From positions 252,787-316,786 of the forward strand of contig CAWKIK010000003.1 in assembly GCA_963849825.1 (NCBI GenBank): a stretch of DNA of 64,000 bases, given 5' to 3'. The stretch's first letter is position 1; each line of letters starts with the position of its first letter. The DNA comes from an uncultured Gammaproteobacteria bacterium. GTDB lineage: Bacteria; Pseudomonadota; Gammaproteobacteria; JASBUN01. The notes beneath the pieces are model-generated. The model saw only the letters and a list, made by a program, of their open reading frames with translations. It made no database searches and was not told where the DNA came from. This document shows, piece by piece, positions 33,874 to 44,684 of this stretch. The translations under genes and the position numbers were made by a program.

Positions 33874-34938
33874 TTATTCCGGCTTCGAACCTTCGTAGAG
33901 ATCGCTACGCAGATAATGAGCGTGGCCGTGCCGCAATAGCACCGCCATCACCGCCGCAACCGGTAATGCCAACAACACCCCGACGAAGCCGAACAACTGG
34001 CCGCCGGCGAGCACCGCGAAAATCACGGCGACTGGATGCAGGCCGATCCGGTCGCCTACCAGCCAGGGCGTGAATAGCGCGCTTTCCAACACCTGCGCCA
34101 CGCCGAACACGGCCAATACCGGCAACAGATCCACCCACGTGTGCGTCTGTACCAGCACCGCGGTGCCCGCCGCCAACACGCCGAGGATGAACCCGAGGTA
34201 GGGCACGAAGCTCACCAAGCCTGCGAGCATACCGATCAGCAGCGCCAGATCGAGTCCGACCAGCCAGAGGCCTACGGAATACACTACACCCAAGGCCAGC
34301 ATCACCAGAAACTGACCGCGTAGGAATGCGCTCAAAGTCCGGTCCGACTCCCGTGCGATCTGCACCGCTTTGTCCTGCATGGAACGCGGTAGTAGTTCCC
34401 TAATTCGCGCTACCAGCAGATCCCAATCGCGCATCAGGTAGAAGCTCACCACTGGGATCAACAGCAAATTCGCCACCCAGGCAACCACGGCGGCGCCGGA
34501 AGTGGAAACCGCCTTGATGACTTGCGCCGCGATGCCGCCGGCCTTCTGCCAGTGTTCGCGCAGCGCGTCGTGCAGTGACTGTAGATTGAGGTCGCCGACT
34601 TCGACGCCGAAGGTATGTTGCACCCACGGCACCGCGTTATGCTCAATCCAGTCCAGATACGCTGGCAGTCGCGCGATCAGATGGGCGATCTGCGACTCGA
34701 TCAGCGGCACCAGTAGCAACACCACCAGCGCCAATACCCCGAACAGGCCGGTGAATACTACAATCACCGACCAGGTGCGTGAGAGCCCCGCCGTCTCGAG
34801 CCGATCCACCAGCGGATCCCCGAGATAGGCGATGAGCGCGGCCACCAGAAACGGCACGAACACCGGTGCCAGCAAGTACACCAATGCGGCGCTCAGCAAC
34901 AGCAGCGCGAGCAACAACCATTTTTGTGAGTCACTCAT
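33874..34938 (-). CDS. AI-2E family transporter (PerM-like)
   Basis: AYLGDPLVDRLE, FLRGQ, SFVPYLG, GLHPVAVIFAVLAGGQLFG. Confidence 0.88.
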   Translation of the reverse strand: MSDSQKWLLLALLLLSAALVYLLAPVFVPFLVAALIAYLGDPLVDRLETAGLSRTWSVIVVFTGLFGVLALVVLLLVPLIESQIAHLIARLPAYLDWIEHNAVPWVQHTFGVEVGDLNLQSLHDALREHWQKAGGIAAQVIKAVSTSGAAVVAWVANLLLIPVVSFYLMRDWDLLVARIRELLPRSMQDKAVQIARESDRTLSAFLRGQFLVMLALGVVYSVGLWLVGLDLALLIGMLAGLVSFVPYLGFILGVLAAGTAVLVQTHTWVDLLPVLAVFGVAQVLESALFTPWLVGDRIGLHPVAVIFAVLAGGQLFGFVGVLLALPVAAVMAVLLRHGHAHYLRSDLYEGSKPE

Positions 34939-35495
34939 CCTCGGCTTGCCGAACGCACGCGCAGGGCGCGCATCCCCCAGGTCCAGACATACCCTGCACC
35001 GCTCAACACGACGGTGATCGTCACCGCCGCAATCAGCAGCCGCAGGCCGAACTCCGGCAGCGGCACCGCGCCTTGATCGAACATCACTGCCATCACCAGC
35101 ATGATCTGCAGCAGTGTATTGAGCTTGCTGATCCAACTCGGCTTGGCACGCACCTTCTCGACCCGGTAGTAATACGCCAACCCACCGAAGACAATAATGA
35201 CGTCCCGGACCACGACCGCCACCAACAACCACAGCGGTACCAGCCCGAGCCAGGTCAGAACGACGAAACACGACACCATCATCGCTTTGTCCGCTAGCGG
35301 ATCGAGCCACCCGCCCAGCGGGGTGATCCAGCCGTAACGGCGCGCCAGCTGACCGTCGATGGCATCGGAGGCACCGGCCACGGTAAACAGCAGCAACGCG
35401 GCGGCGAATTGGCGTTGCGCCAGCAGGATCACCACCGGAACGATCAACAATATGCGCAATGCGCTGATGAGATTAGGAATATCCTGGCGCTTCAC
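34935..35495 (-). CDS. CDP-alcohol phosphatidyltransferase family (PgsA-like)
   Basis: IPNLISALR, SDAIDGQLAR, GGWLDPLADK, RD. Confidence 0.88.
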   Translation of the reverse strand: MKRQDIPNLISALRILLIVPVVILLAQRQFAAALLLFTVAGASDAIDGQLARRYGWITPLGGWLDPLADKAMMVSCFVVLTWLGLVPLWLLVAVVVRDVIIVFGGLAYYYRVEKVRAKPSWISKLNTLLQIMLVMAVMFDQGAVPLPEFGLRLLIAAVTITVVLSGAGYVWTWGMRALRVRSASRG

Positions 35496-36562
35496 GGCAC
35501 GAGTCGGAAATGCAGTTCTGCGGAGGAGGCGCTACTGTCGACCGGCGAGCCGGGATCATTGGCCGCCGGCGCCACCGCCGCCAAGCGACTCCAGAGGGCG
35601 AGCGTGCGCTGCAGGCGCTCCGCGGAACCGCGCACCGACAGTTCGAAATATGCCTGGTCGCCGGTAACGGACACCAGCCGTGCCGCGCTGACCAGTTCCC
35701 GCGAGCGTAGAAAGGTCGACAGACCGGCATAATCGTCCAGTGTGCGGACATCATCGATGCGCACCCGAACCTGGTCCAGGGCGCCGGTCGCGTCCGGCCG
35801 CTCGGCATAGCGAGCCGACAGAGTATCGGCCAGACCGTCGGCCCCGGCCGCTGTCGCTGCGGCGAGATCTTCCCCGCTGGCATTCCACTGCCGTGGCTGG
35901 CCGCGATCGTACAGGTTCCAGCGGCTGCTCCAACCGCCACTCTGGCGCTGCAGGCGGCCGATCAGTATGGCATCGGCCTGATATCGTGCAGAGGCGGACA
36001 GCACGTCGTCGAAAAATCCGCCCCAGATATCGGCGAAGCGCACCTTGGACTGATCCTCCAGATCCTGTAACGGCAACATCACCGGCACGGCCCGCGCACG
36101 CGCCGCCTGGCGGAACGCCTGCCCGGCCGGCGCCGTGTCGTCGGCGCTGACCAACCGCCGGTCGGCGCCGTCTTGGATTGCCAGCCACACCAGTGTGGTC
36201 GGCCGCTCGCTGCCCCAGACCGGAAGGCCCCGCTGGCGCAACATCTGCTCGACCGCCGCGGGATCGAACCGCACGTGCAGTTCCAGGCCGTCCGGCGTGG
36301 TGAGATAGCCATACTGTTGTACGATGCGATCCACGGCGCCGGCGCCATTGGGCAGGTTTTGGTCATTCGCCGCCTGCCGCGACCCGGTCGCGCGCACGAC
36401 CACTTCGCGCAAGGCTTCAGTCAGGGCGCGGTCGCGTTCCGCCGCCGACTGATCGGCTACCGGTACCCGAACCTCGTACAGGCCGCCGACCTGGGACGCT
36501 GCGCCAGCCGGCGGCGCGACGACCGAGAGCAATAACCCCAAAATGAACCAATATCGAATCAT
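35492..36562 (-). CDS. DUF2066 domain periplasmic protein
   Basis: LYEVRVPV..QS, L.V.FDP, PVWGSERP..LVW, LPLQDLED; typical purM-divergent position. Confidence 0.85.
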   Translation of the reverse strand: MIRYWFILGLLLSVVAPPAGAASQVGGLYEVRVPVADQSAAERDRALTEALREVVVRATGSRQAANDQNLPNGAGAVDRIVQQYGYLTTPDGLELHVRFDPAAVEQMLRQRGLPVWGSERPTTLVWLAIQDGADRRLVSADDTAPAGQAFRQAARARAVPVMLPLQDLEDQSKVRFADIWGGFFDDVLSASARYQADAILIGRLQRQSGGWSSRWNLYDRGQPRQWNASGEDLAAATAAGADGLADTLSARYAERPDATGALDQVRVRIDDVRTLDDYAGLSTFLRSRELVSAARLVSVTGDQAYFELSVRGSAERLQRTLALWSRLAAVAPAANDPGSPVDSSASSAELHFRLVP

Positions 36563-37018
36563 GAGTCACTTTCACGCATAGTGGCGCCCTACCCGGGCGA
36601 ATCGGCCTTCTTCCACCCGGCGACGGCTACGCGCCGTGCTGTACGCGCGCTCCCGCCAGCGGATTTCCCGCCACAGCCGCACGACGCGGCGGGGCGGAGG
36701 CGTGTAAAATAGCGAAGCTCGCGGACCAGGTCTCGTTATTGTTGGCGCACCGACACGCCGCAGCCTTGCCGCTTCGAGGGCTCATCGAGACGAGCGCCGG
36801 TCGGCGAATACCACGCAGCGAAGGCAAGACTGCAGAATGGCAGCCGAAGGAATGAATGCATGTCGTAAGCGGTGCCCTGTTTTTCCATGCCGCCGCGGGT
36901 TTCTCCGTTCGCCGGCTCCATCGGGTCCGCTCGCACGCCGCCCCGGCGATCAGGCCCTTTTCAATCAGGCAGTACAGTACCATATCCTCGAAACCGTCCA
37001 CCACGCCAGGAGCATCCT

Positions 37019-38086
37019 GTGAGCAAGTCCTCGGATTCCATATCACCACCAACCGGCGCCGGTTTGCGCTACAGCGACGCTGGCGTCGACATCGACGCGG
37101 GCAACCGCCTAGTGGAACGCATCGGACCCATCGCGCGCCGCACCCGCCGTCCGGAGGTCCTGGGTGGTCTGGGCGGATTCGGGGCATTGTTCGAGTTGCC
37201 GCCGGATCGCTACCGGGAACCGGTGCTGGTATCGGGCACCGACGGCGTCGGCACCAAACTCAAACTCGCGATGCAGTTGCGGCAGCACGATACCATCGGC
37301 ATCGACCTGGTGGCGATGTGCGTCAACGATCTGATCGTCCAGGGTGCCGAGCCGCTGTTCTTCCTCGACTACTACGCCACCGGCAAATTGGACGTGGAGG
37401 TGGCCGCGCAAGTGGTCGCGGGCATCGGCCGCGGCTGCGAGCTGGCCGGCGCCGCGCTGGTAGGCGGCGAGACCGCGGAGATGCCGGGGATGTATGAGGG
37501 CGGCGATTACGATCTGGCGGGATTTTGTGTCGGCGTGGTGGAAAAAAGTCGCATCATCGACGGCACCAAAGTGGCCCCGGGCGACGTGCTGATCGGACTC
37601 GCTTCCTCCGGACCCCATTCCAATGGCTATTCGCTGGTGCGCAAGGTTGTGAACGTGAGCGGCGCAGACCTCGACATACCGTTTGGCGGATCGACCCTGG
37701 GTCAGACCCTGCTCGCGCCGACTCGAATCTACGTTAAATCCATCCTGGCGCTGCTGCAGGCAGTGGACGTGCACGCAATCGCACATATCACCGGCGGCGG
37801 ACTGCCCGAAAACCTGCCCAGGGTCATGAGCGCCGGCACAGTCGCCTTGATCGATCGCAATCGCTGGCAGCGGCCACGGATCTTCGACTGGCTGCAGGAG
37901 CAGGGCCAAATCAGCGACGCGGAAATGTACCGCACCTTCAACTGCGGGATCGGCATGGTGGTGTGTGTGGGCGCCGATCACGCCGAACGCGCCCTGGCCG
38001 AATTACGGCAGGCCGGTGAAGATGCAATGATCATCGGCGCGATCGAGCGCAGCGAGCACGGGGAGCCGCGGGTCGAAATCCGCTGA
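37019..38086 (+). CDS. purM: Phosphoribosylformylglycinamidine cyclo-ligase
   Basis: [42 protein letters not shown]; GTG at 37019 after AGGAG. Confidence 0.96.
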   Translation: MSKSSDSISPPTGAGLRYSDAGVDIDAGNRLVERIGPIARRTRRPEVLGGLGGFGALFELPPDRYREPVLVSGTDGVGTKLKLAMQLRQHDTIGIDLVAMCVNDLIVQGAEPLFFLDYYATGKLDVEVAAQVVAGIGRGCELAGAALVGGETAEMPGMYEGGDYDLAGFCVGVVEKSRIIDGTKVAPGDVLIGLASSGPHSNGYSLVRKVVNVSGADLDIPFGGSTLGQTLLAPTRIYVKSILALLQAVDVHAIAHITGGGLPENLPRVMSAGTVALIDRNRWQRPRIFDWLQEQGQISDAEMYRTFNCGIGMVVCVGADHAERALAELRQAGEDAMIIGAIERSEHGEPRVEIR

Positions 38087-38095
38087 CAGCACGCC

Positions 38096-38791
38096 ATGTC
38101 CAGCGCGCAGCAAAAAGCCGCGTCCCGGCCGCGTATCGTAGTACTGATCTCCGGGAGCGGCAGCAACCTGCAGGCCATCATCGACGGCCTCGCGTGCGAT
38201 GCCAACCAGGCGCAGATCGCGGCGGTGATCAGCAATCGCGCAGATGCATTCGGCTTGCAGCGCGCAGCGCGCGCCGGCCTGCATGCCATAGCGATCGAAC
38301 ATCGCAATTATGTCGGCCGCGACGCATTCGACGCTGCACTTCGCGCCGAGATCGACGCCCATCATCCCGACCTCGTCGTACTGGCCGGATTCATGCGCAT
38401 ACTCGGAGCTGCGCTGGTCGACCACTATCGGGGGCGCATGATCAACATCCATCCCTCGCTGTTGCCGCGATTCCGCGGCCTCGATACCCATGCGCGGGCG
38501 CTGCGGGAGGGCGTTCACGAACACGGCGCCAGCGTCCATTTCGTCACCTCCGAACTCGACGGCGGACCGGTGATCGCTCAGGTGCGGATCGCGGTCAACG
38601 CAGGCGACACACCGCACGATCTGGCGAGCCGCGTGTTGGCACAGGAACACCGGCTCTATCCGCTGGTGATCGGCTGGTTTGTACAAGGCCGGTTGCGCCT
38701 TTGCGACGGCAAACCCGAACTCGATGGCCGCGTTCTCTCCACACCCTATCAATTACGCGCGGACACCGGGGAAGTCGGCGCATGCAATTGA
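38096..38791 (+). CDS. purN: Phosphoribosylglycinamide formyltransferase
   Basis: ISGSGSNLQA, LAGFMRIL, NIHPSLLP, LDGGP, EHRLYP. Confidence 0.96.
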   Translation: MSSAQQKAASRPRIVVLISGSGSNLQAIIDGLACDANQAQIAAVISNRADAFGLQRAARAGLHAIAIEHRNYVGRDAFDAALRAEIDAHHPDLVVLAGFMRILGAALVDHYRGRMINIHPSLLPRFRGLDTHARALREGVHEHGASVHFVTSELDGGPVIAQVRIAVNAGDTPHDLASRVLAQEHRLYPLVIGWFVQGRLRLCDGKPELDGRVLSTPYQLRADTGEVGACN

Positions 38792-39519
38792 GGAACTGGA
38801 CATTGACGGTACTGGTCTTATGTGCGACGCAGTCGACCGGCGCCGCGCAACCGGTGGCCGCTACGCCACCCGCTCCGCTGCCGGAATTCCAAGCCCACTA
38901 CAGCGCGTATAAAGGCTCACTGCGGATCGCCGAATCGGTTGTGCGTCTGCAGCGCAGCGGCTCGAAGTTCGTCTACAGCAGTGTCACCGAGCCAGTGGGG
39001 CTGCTCGCCCTGTTCCGCCATGACGAAGTCACGGAACGCAGCGTTTGGCAGCTACACAACGGCGGTATCAGACCACTGGAATACCAATATGTGCACAAGC
39101 GCAGCGACAAGGACCGCAACGTCGGCCTGGTGTTCGATTGGCAGCACGGTGAAGTCGCCAACACGGCCAAGGGCCACACCTGGACCATGGACGTCCCCAA
39201 GGGCACACAGGACAAATTCTCGGTGCAGTTGGCCGTCATGCTCGACCTGCAACGGGGCGACGGACCGCTGCGTTACGACGTCGCGGACGGGGGCAAGCTC
39301 AAGCAGTACCGATTCCGACGTTTAGGAACCGAGCACGTGCAGATCAAGGCGGGAGAATTCGAAACCGTGAAACTGCAGCGGCTTCGCCGCCAGGACAACG
39401 AACGGGAAACCTATTTCTGGTGCGCGCCGGCGCTGCACTATCTGGTGGTACGCCTGGAGCACATCGAAGAAGACGGCAGCCAGTTCTATATGGAACTCGA
39501 CCGCATCGAGCGCCTGTAG
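38782..39519 (+). CDS. DUF3108 domain exported protein
   Basis: Signal peptide, F.A.Y, FDW, G.QD..S, WCAP.L.Y; usual purN neighbour. Confidence 0.75.
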   Translation: MQLRNWTLTVLVLCATQSTGAAQPVAATPPAPLPEFQAHYSAYKGSLRIAESVVRLQRSGSKFVYSSVTEPVGLLALFRHDEVTERSVWQLHNGGIRPLEYQYVHKRSDKDRNVGLVFDWQHGEVANTAKGHTWTMDVPKGTQDKFSVQLAVMLDLQRGDGPLRYDVADGGKLKQYRFRRLGTEHVQIKAGEFETVKLQRLRRQDNERETYFWCAPALHYLVVRLEHIEEDGSQFYMELDRIERL

Positions 39520-39535
39520 TCACGCGCGGTCTGAG

Positions 39536-40546
39536 TCAGGGCAGTGATTTGTCGTGACCGGTGAAATCGGTGGTGCCTGAATCGGGCCTGCTGCGGCCGC
39601 TGGGACGGTTCTGACGCTTCGAGTGCAGTTCTGCGCGCGTGAAGAATTTCTGATCCATGATTTCGAGGAAACAGCGTGCCTGGGGCGACACAAATTGCCC
39701 GCGGCGCATGACTACGCCATAACTGCGCTTTGGAAAATAGCGATTGAGCGGGATCGCCGCCAGCGCTTCATTGCCGGTCAGGCAAATACTGGTCACGATT
39801 GACACCCCCAGACCCATCGCAACGAACTTTTTGATCACTTCCCAACCGCCGGCCTCCAGCACCACGTCGTAGCTCAGGCCATGCTGATGAAACACCAGAT
39901 CGACGATGTGCCATGTACTGAGATGACGAGGCGGTAATATGAGCCCGCAAGGACTGATGTCTTCCAGGGTGACGCTTTTGCGCTTTGCCAACGGATGATC
40001 GACTGACGTGATCAGCATGGGTTCGTAATTGAAGATAGGCGCGTAGACGATATCGTCCGGCACATCGATCATCGAACCGACCGCGAAATCCACTTCGCCG
40101 CCGCGTAACATCTTGAGTCCGTCGCGACCGGTGACGTTATGCAAGTGCACTCTTACCTGGGAATACTCGGCGGTAAAACGCTGCAGGAATTCCGGCAGCA
40201 GGTACAAAATGGTCGACTCACCGGCGGCGATATCCAGGCTGCCGCCGTTGACGTCGCCGAGACGGGACGCGAACAACTCAGGCAGGTGGTCCATACCCTC
40301 CACCAAAGGCGCAGCGGTTTCGAGCAGGATTTGGCCCGCCGGGGTCAACTCGATCCGCGGACCGCGCCGTTCGAACAACATGGTCTGCAGGTCCTGCTCC
40401 AGGCTTTTGATCAACAGCGAGACCGATGGCTGGCTCAGGAACAAGCGTTCCGCCGCCTTGGAGATGCTGCCGGTCTGCGCAGCCTGACAAAATGCGCGCA
40501 ATTGCCGTAAGCGATTGTGACGACCTGCGGTTTCTGAGCGCGCCAT
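39536..40546 (-). CDS. LysR-family transcriptional regulator, divergent from aceA
   Basis: LRQLRAF...SISKAAERLFLSQPSVS HTH and LysR substrate-binding domain. Confidence 0.9.
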   Translation of the reverse strand: MARSETAGRHNRLRQLRAFCQAAQTGSISKAAERLFLSQPSVSLLIKSLEQDLQTMLFERRGPRIELTPAGQILLETAAPLVEGMDHLPELFASRLGDVNGGSLDIAAGESTILYLLPEFLQRFTAEYSQVRVHLHNVTGRDGLKMLRGGEVDFAVGSMIDVPDDIVYAPIFNYEPMLITSVDHPLAKRKSVTLEDISPCGLILPPRHLSTWHIVDLVFHQHGLSYDVVLEAGGWEVIKKFVAMGLGVSIVTSICLTGNEALAAIPLNRYFPKRSYGVVMRRGQFVSPQARCFLEIMDQKFFTRAELHSKRQNRPSGRSRPDSGTTDFTGHDKSLP

Positions 40547-40565
40547 CGTGGCTCCGTAAGCGACC

Positions 40566-40580
40566 ATTGCTACAAACAAT
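40566..40580. promoter_or_regulatory. Candidate LysR binding site (T-N11-A with dyad)
   Basis: ATTG-CTACAAA-CAAT between the lysR and aceA starts. Confidence 0.4.
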
Positions 40581-40692
40581 AGTGCATATTGATGAATCAA
40601 CCTAGTCAAATAGTGCCTTCTTCCATAGCCTGTAATGGACAATCCGGCCGCAATAGGCGGCGCGAATCCGCGCGACTTTACGGAGGAACACG

Positions 40693-42027
40693 ATGACCAA
40701 CCACCAGCAGGCGCTGCAGCAGCAGGCGCAGGAACTGAACCGAACCTGGCAAACCGAAAGCCGCTGGCGCGGCGTACGACGCGGCTATGAAGCCGCCGAT
40801 GTGGTGCGCTTGCGCGGTAGTAAGGCAATCGAATACACCCTGGCCCGGGACGGCGCCGACAAGCTTTGGCGTCTGCTGCAGGAGGAACCCTTCATCAACG
40901 CGCTCGGTGCCCTCACCGGCAATCAGGCCATGCAACAGGTTCGCGCTGGCCTGAAGGCTATTTATCTGTCGGGCTGGCAGGTTGCAGGCGACGCCAATGT
41001 CGCTGGCGAAATGTATCCGGATCAATCGCTCTATCCGGCCAACTCGGTGCCCGCGGTGGTTCGTCGAATCAATAACACGCTGATGCGCGCCGATCAGATC
41101 CAGCAAATGGAAGGCCAGGGCGACATCGACTGGTTCGCGCCGATCGTCGCCGATGCCGAAGCGGGTTTCGGCGGCGTTCTGAACGCATTCGAACTGATGA
41201 AAGCGATGATCGAGGCCGGCGCCGCAGGGGTGCACTTCGAAGACCAACTGGCCTCAGCGAAGAAATGCGGTCACATGGGCGGCAAAGTACTGGTGCCGAC
41301 CCAAGAAGCAATTCAAAAGCTCAATGCCGCGCGGTTGGCGGCGGACGTCATGGGTGTACCCACCTTGTTGGTAGCCCGCACCGATTCGGAAGCGGCGAGC
41401 TTGCTGACTTCTGACATCGACGAATATGACCGCCCGTTCTTGACCGGGGAGCGCACGTCGGAAGGCTTTTTTCAGGTGCGCAACGGTATCGATCAGGCCA
41501 TCGCCCGCGGTCTGGCCTACGCGCCTTATGCCGATTTGGTGTGGTGCGAAACCGGCAAACCGGATTTGGCATTCGCGCGTCGCTTCGCGGAGGCGATTCG
41601 CAGTGAATATCCCGATCAATTGTTGGCGTACAACTGCTCGCCATCGTTCAATTGGCAGCAGAATCTCGGCGACAAGGAGATCGCCCGCTTTCAAAAGGAA
41701 CTGGCGGCAATGGGCTACCGGTTCCAGTTCATCACCCTGGCCGGTTTCCATGCGCTGAATTACAGCATGTTCAAATTGGCGAAGGGCTATCAGCAACGTC
41801 AGATGTCGGCGTACGTGGAACTGCAGCAGGAAGAATTCGACGCCGAAGCCGACGGCTACACCGCGACCCGGCATCAGCGCGAAGTCGGTACCGGCTATTT
41901 CGATGCAGTGAACAACGCCATCACTGGCGGCCGCTCAAAGCTGGGTGCACTGAGCGGTTCCACTGAAGAGGATCAATTTTCGAACTCAGCGTCGGGGAAG
42001 GCGCCCGCTTCCGCCGCGGCAAACTGA
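40693..42027 (+). CDS. aceA: Isocitrate lyase
   Basis: [11 protein letters not shown] signature, [25 protein letters not shown]. Confidence 0.97.
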   Translation: MTNHQQALQQQAQELNRTWQTESRWRGVRRGYEAADVVRLRGSKAIEYTLARDGADKLWRLLQEEPFINALGALTGNQAMQQVRAGLKAIYLSGWQVAGDANVAGEMYPDQSLYPANSVPAVVRRINNTLMRADQIQQMEGQGDIDWFAPIVADAEAGFGGVLNAFELMKAMIEAGAAGVHFEDQLASAKKCGHMGGKVLVPTQEAIQKLNAARLAADVMGVPTLLVARTDSEAASLLTSDIDEYDRPFLTGERTSEGFFQVRNGIDQAIARGLAYAPYADLVWCETGKPDLAFARRFAEAIRSEYPDQLLAYNCSPSFNWQQNLGDKEIARFQKELAAMGYRFQFITLAGFHALNYSMFKLAKGYQQRQMSAYVELQQEEFDAEADGYTATRHQREVGTGYFDAVNNAITGGRSKLGALSGSTEEDQFSNSASGKAPASAAAN

Positions 42028-42170
42028 CTTGCAAAGTCAGCGCAGGTGCGGCCCGCGCGGCGGGCGGGCGCGCCGGCGCGCATATCCGCATTGGGTCCTG
42101 GGTTGGTCTGCGGGTGCTATATTCGGGGTATTCATGCAGGCCGTGAAGCAACTTCCCAGGGAGACAAGCT

Positions 42171-43508
42171 ATGATGCAGCACGCCGTAGTCGATATCCGC
42201 AGTCAGAAGCGCCAGGACACCGTTACGCTCATCCACAACGGGACCGGCCGCAAAATCGAGTTGCCTCTGCTCAGCGGTTCGCACGGCCCCGACGCGATCG
42301 ATATCTCACGCCTGACTCGGGAACTGGGGCTGTTGACTTACGACCCCGGTTACATGTCCACGGGTAGCTGTCAAAGCGCGATCACCTTTATCGATGGTGA
42401 GGAAGGAATCCTGCTGTATCGCGGCTATCCCATCGAGCAGTTGGCGATGCACAGCAGCTATCTGGAAGTGTGTTATTTGCTGCAATACGGTGAATTACCC
42501 AGCGCCCAGGAACTCGATCATTATAAACAGAGCATCAAGCGTCACAGCATGGTGCATGAAGGCTTGCGCCACTTCTACAACGGCTTCCATCACGACGCCC
42601 ATCCAATGGCGATGCTCGCCAGCGTGGTCGCTGCTTTGTCTGCCTTTTATCACGACTCACTGGACGTCAACGATCCTGTCCACCGCGAAATGTCTGCGCA
42701 CCGGCTGGTGGCGAAAATGCCGACCATAGCCGCTCAATGTTACAAATATTCCATCGGCCAGCCGTTCATGTATCCGGACAACTCGTTGGGCTACGCGGAA
42801 AACTTTCTGCGCATGATGTTCGCCGTGCCTACCGAAACCTACGACGTGAGTCCGGTAGCCGCCCGCGCGCTAGAGTTGATTCTCATCCTGCACGCCGATC
42901 ACGAACAAAATGCCAGCGCGTCCACCGTGCGATTGGCGTCCAGTTCCGGTGCCAATCCATTCGCGTCCATTGCCGGCGGCATCAGCTCGCTGTGGGGGCC
43001 GGCCCACGGTGGCGCCAACGAGGCGGTCATCCACATGTTGCAATCCATCGAATCGGTCGAAAATGTTCCGGCGCTCATCGCCCGGGCCAAGGACAAGAAC
43101 GACCCGTTCCGCCTCATGGGCTTTGGTCATCGCATTTATAAAAACTACGATCCTCGCGCCAAAATCATTCGCGGCGCCTGTCACGAACTACTGGGCGAAT
43201 TGGAAGCCGAGCAACGCGATCAACCACTGTTCGAAATTGCACTCGAACTGGAGCGCATCGCGCTGGAAGACGACTATTTCCGCGACCGCAAGCTGTACCC
43301 GAATGTCGACTTCTATTCCGGATTGATACTCAAAGCGCTGGGAATCCCGTTGAACATGTTCACGGTGGTATTTGCGATGGCGCGCACGGTCGGCTGGATC
43401 ACCCAATGGCAGGAAATGATGGACGATCCAGACTACCGCATTGGACGGCCACGTCAGTTGTATGTGGGTTCTCCGCCGCGCGATTACATTCCGCTGGATC
43501 GACGCTGA
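42171..43508 (+). CDS. gltA: Citrate synthase (type II)
   Basis: [38 protein letters not shown]. Confidence 0.93.
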   Translation: MMQHAVVDIRSQKRQDTVTLIHNGTGRKIELPLLSGSHGPDAIDISRLTRELGLLTYDPGYMSTGSCQSAITFIDGEEGILLYRGYPIEQLAMHSSYLEVCYLLQYGELPSAQELDHYKQSIKRHSMVHEGLRHFYNGFHHDAHPMAMLASVVAALSAFYHDSLDVNDPVHREMSAHRLVAKMPTIAAQCYKYSIGQPFMYPDNSLGYAENFLRMMFAVPTETYDVSPVAARALELILILHADHEQNASASTVRLASSSGANPFASIAGGISSLWGPAHGGANEAVIHMLQSIESVENVPALIARAKDKNDPFRLMGFGHRIYKNYDPRAKIIRGACHELLGELEAEQRDQPLFEIALELERIALEDDYFRDRKLYPNVDFYSGLILKALGIPLNMFTVVFAMARTVGWITQWQEMMDDPDYRIGRPRQLYVGSPPRDYIPLDRR

Positions 43509-43951
43509 ACATTGCGGACGTGCGGCCATCGGCACTCACCTCTGCGCGGCGTATGGCCCCTCGGCGCCATGTGCGGTTGCGCCATAGGTGAGGTTGGCAT
43601 CAGCACAACCATCATCAGCCGCCATGCGCTGGTCGCAAATATCGCGCCGCGCCAAACTTTGTGGGATCCAACAGACGGCCGGGTTATCCGGGGCGCCGAG
43701 CCGTGGGCGCTTTTAGGCATTGTCACCAGCGATAAAGCAGTGGTGCCGATCAATCCTGCAAGTACGCCTTTGCCATCATCCGCACGCTGACTGCTCCTGT
43801 GTGCTGCGCCCCTGTGTGAAGCGGGCATCGAGCATGCACCAACACACGGCCCGCGCCATCGGCGCGTGCGCAGCTCCAGGCGGCCACACAAGCTTTGGAC
43901 GGAGAATAGACGGCAGCGTTCGGCCGCGATCAAGGCCGCGCTGAACATTGC
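43503..43951. repeat. 13-bp direct repeat CGCTGAACATTGC (43503-43515 and 43939-43951) flanking a 423-bp segment with no recognisable gene
   Basis: Exact repeat read directly from the sequence; the copies overlap the gltA stop and the dcd stop. Confidence 0.8.
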
Positions 43952-44538
43952 TAGCGGGGGTCTTTGCCGATGCGGCTCGCCACGGCGCCGTGCTGATCAC
44001 GGTATTTGGCATCAGCGCGCTTGTTGTATGGGCGTGCTGCAGGCCCGGACATGGTTTCGAAATTAATGGCACCGATGGTCATACCCGGGCGCAACGCCAG
44101 AGGCAGTTTGCCGCTGTTGTAGCACTCCAGCACGATCTGACCTTCCCAGCCTGGATCGATCCGGTGGGCAGTAACGTGCACCATCAATCCAAGCCGCGCC
44201 AGACTCGAACGCCCGTCGAGCCAGCCGACCACATCGTCGGGTAAACCGATGGACTCCAGAGTCACCGACAGTGCCAGTTCCCCGGGATGCAAGAAGAACG
44301 CGTCGCCCTCGGCCAGTTGCAGTTCCTGACCCATGATCCGGTCGATGGCCAGATCGACTTCGGCGCGCGGGCCACTGAGATCGATGTAGGGCGCGGCGTG
44401 ATCGTTGAACACCCGGAACCGGTTACCGAGCCGAAGATCGACACTGACGCCGCTGATACGGTCACTGCCCGGTCGAGGCTCGATGCGAATCCGTCCCTCA
44501 TCCATGAGCCGCTCGATATCGCGATCACACAAGCGCAT
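43951..44538 (-). CDS. dcd: dCTP deaminase
   Basis: [36 protein letters not shown]. Confidence 0.96.
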   Translation of the reverse strand: MRLCDRDIERLMDEGRIRIEPRPGSDRISGVSVDLRLGNRFRVFNDHAAPYIDLSGPRAEVDLAIDRIMGQELQLAEGDAFFLHPGELALSVTLESIGLPDDVVGWLDGRSSLARLGLMVHVTAHRIDPGWEGQIVLECYNSGKLPLALRPGMTIGAINFETMSGPAARPYNKRADAKYRDQHGAVASRIGKDPR

Positions 44539-44684
44539 GCCCCAACCTCATTCGTGATTCGTCAGTGAACAATAATGCCGATGCGGGTGACCCGACGGGC
44601 CGGACTATCAAAAACCGGGGGTTATTATGCACGAACGGGCGGAGAACATCCCGCCCGTTCGTTATGCTGGGTTGGCTCTGCAGA

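Noticed and set aside
33874-35310. Apparent 478-aa extended AI-2E transporter, and similar N-terminal extensions of wrbA, DUF2069, DUF3108, DUF692, acyP and purM
   Set aside because: The extensions overlap neighbouring genes in another frame or non-coding spacers; the real starts have an RBS or stop/start coupling downstream, so these are not fusions
42050-42085. GC-rich palindromes between aceA and gltA
   Set aside because: Short, single-copy and expected by chance at this GC content
43484-43948. 154-aa and 92-aa ORFs within the gltA-dcd insert
   Set aside because: No RBS, no family motifs and no transposase or integrase signature; treated as non-coding
44631-44662. 12-bp perfect hairpin downstream of apbC
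   Set aside because: No U-tract and a single copy; could be a stabilising or terminating stem but is not supportable as a REP or a terminator
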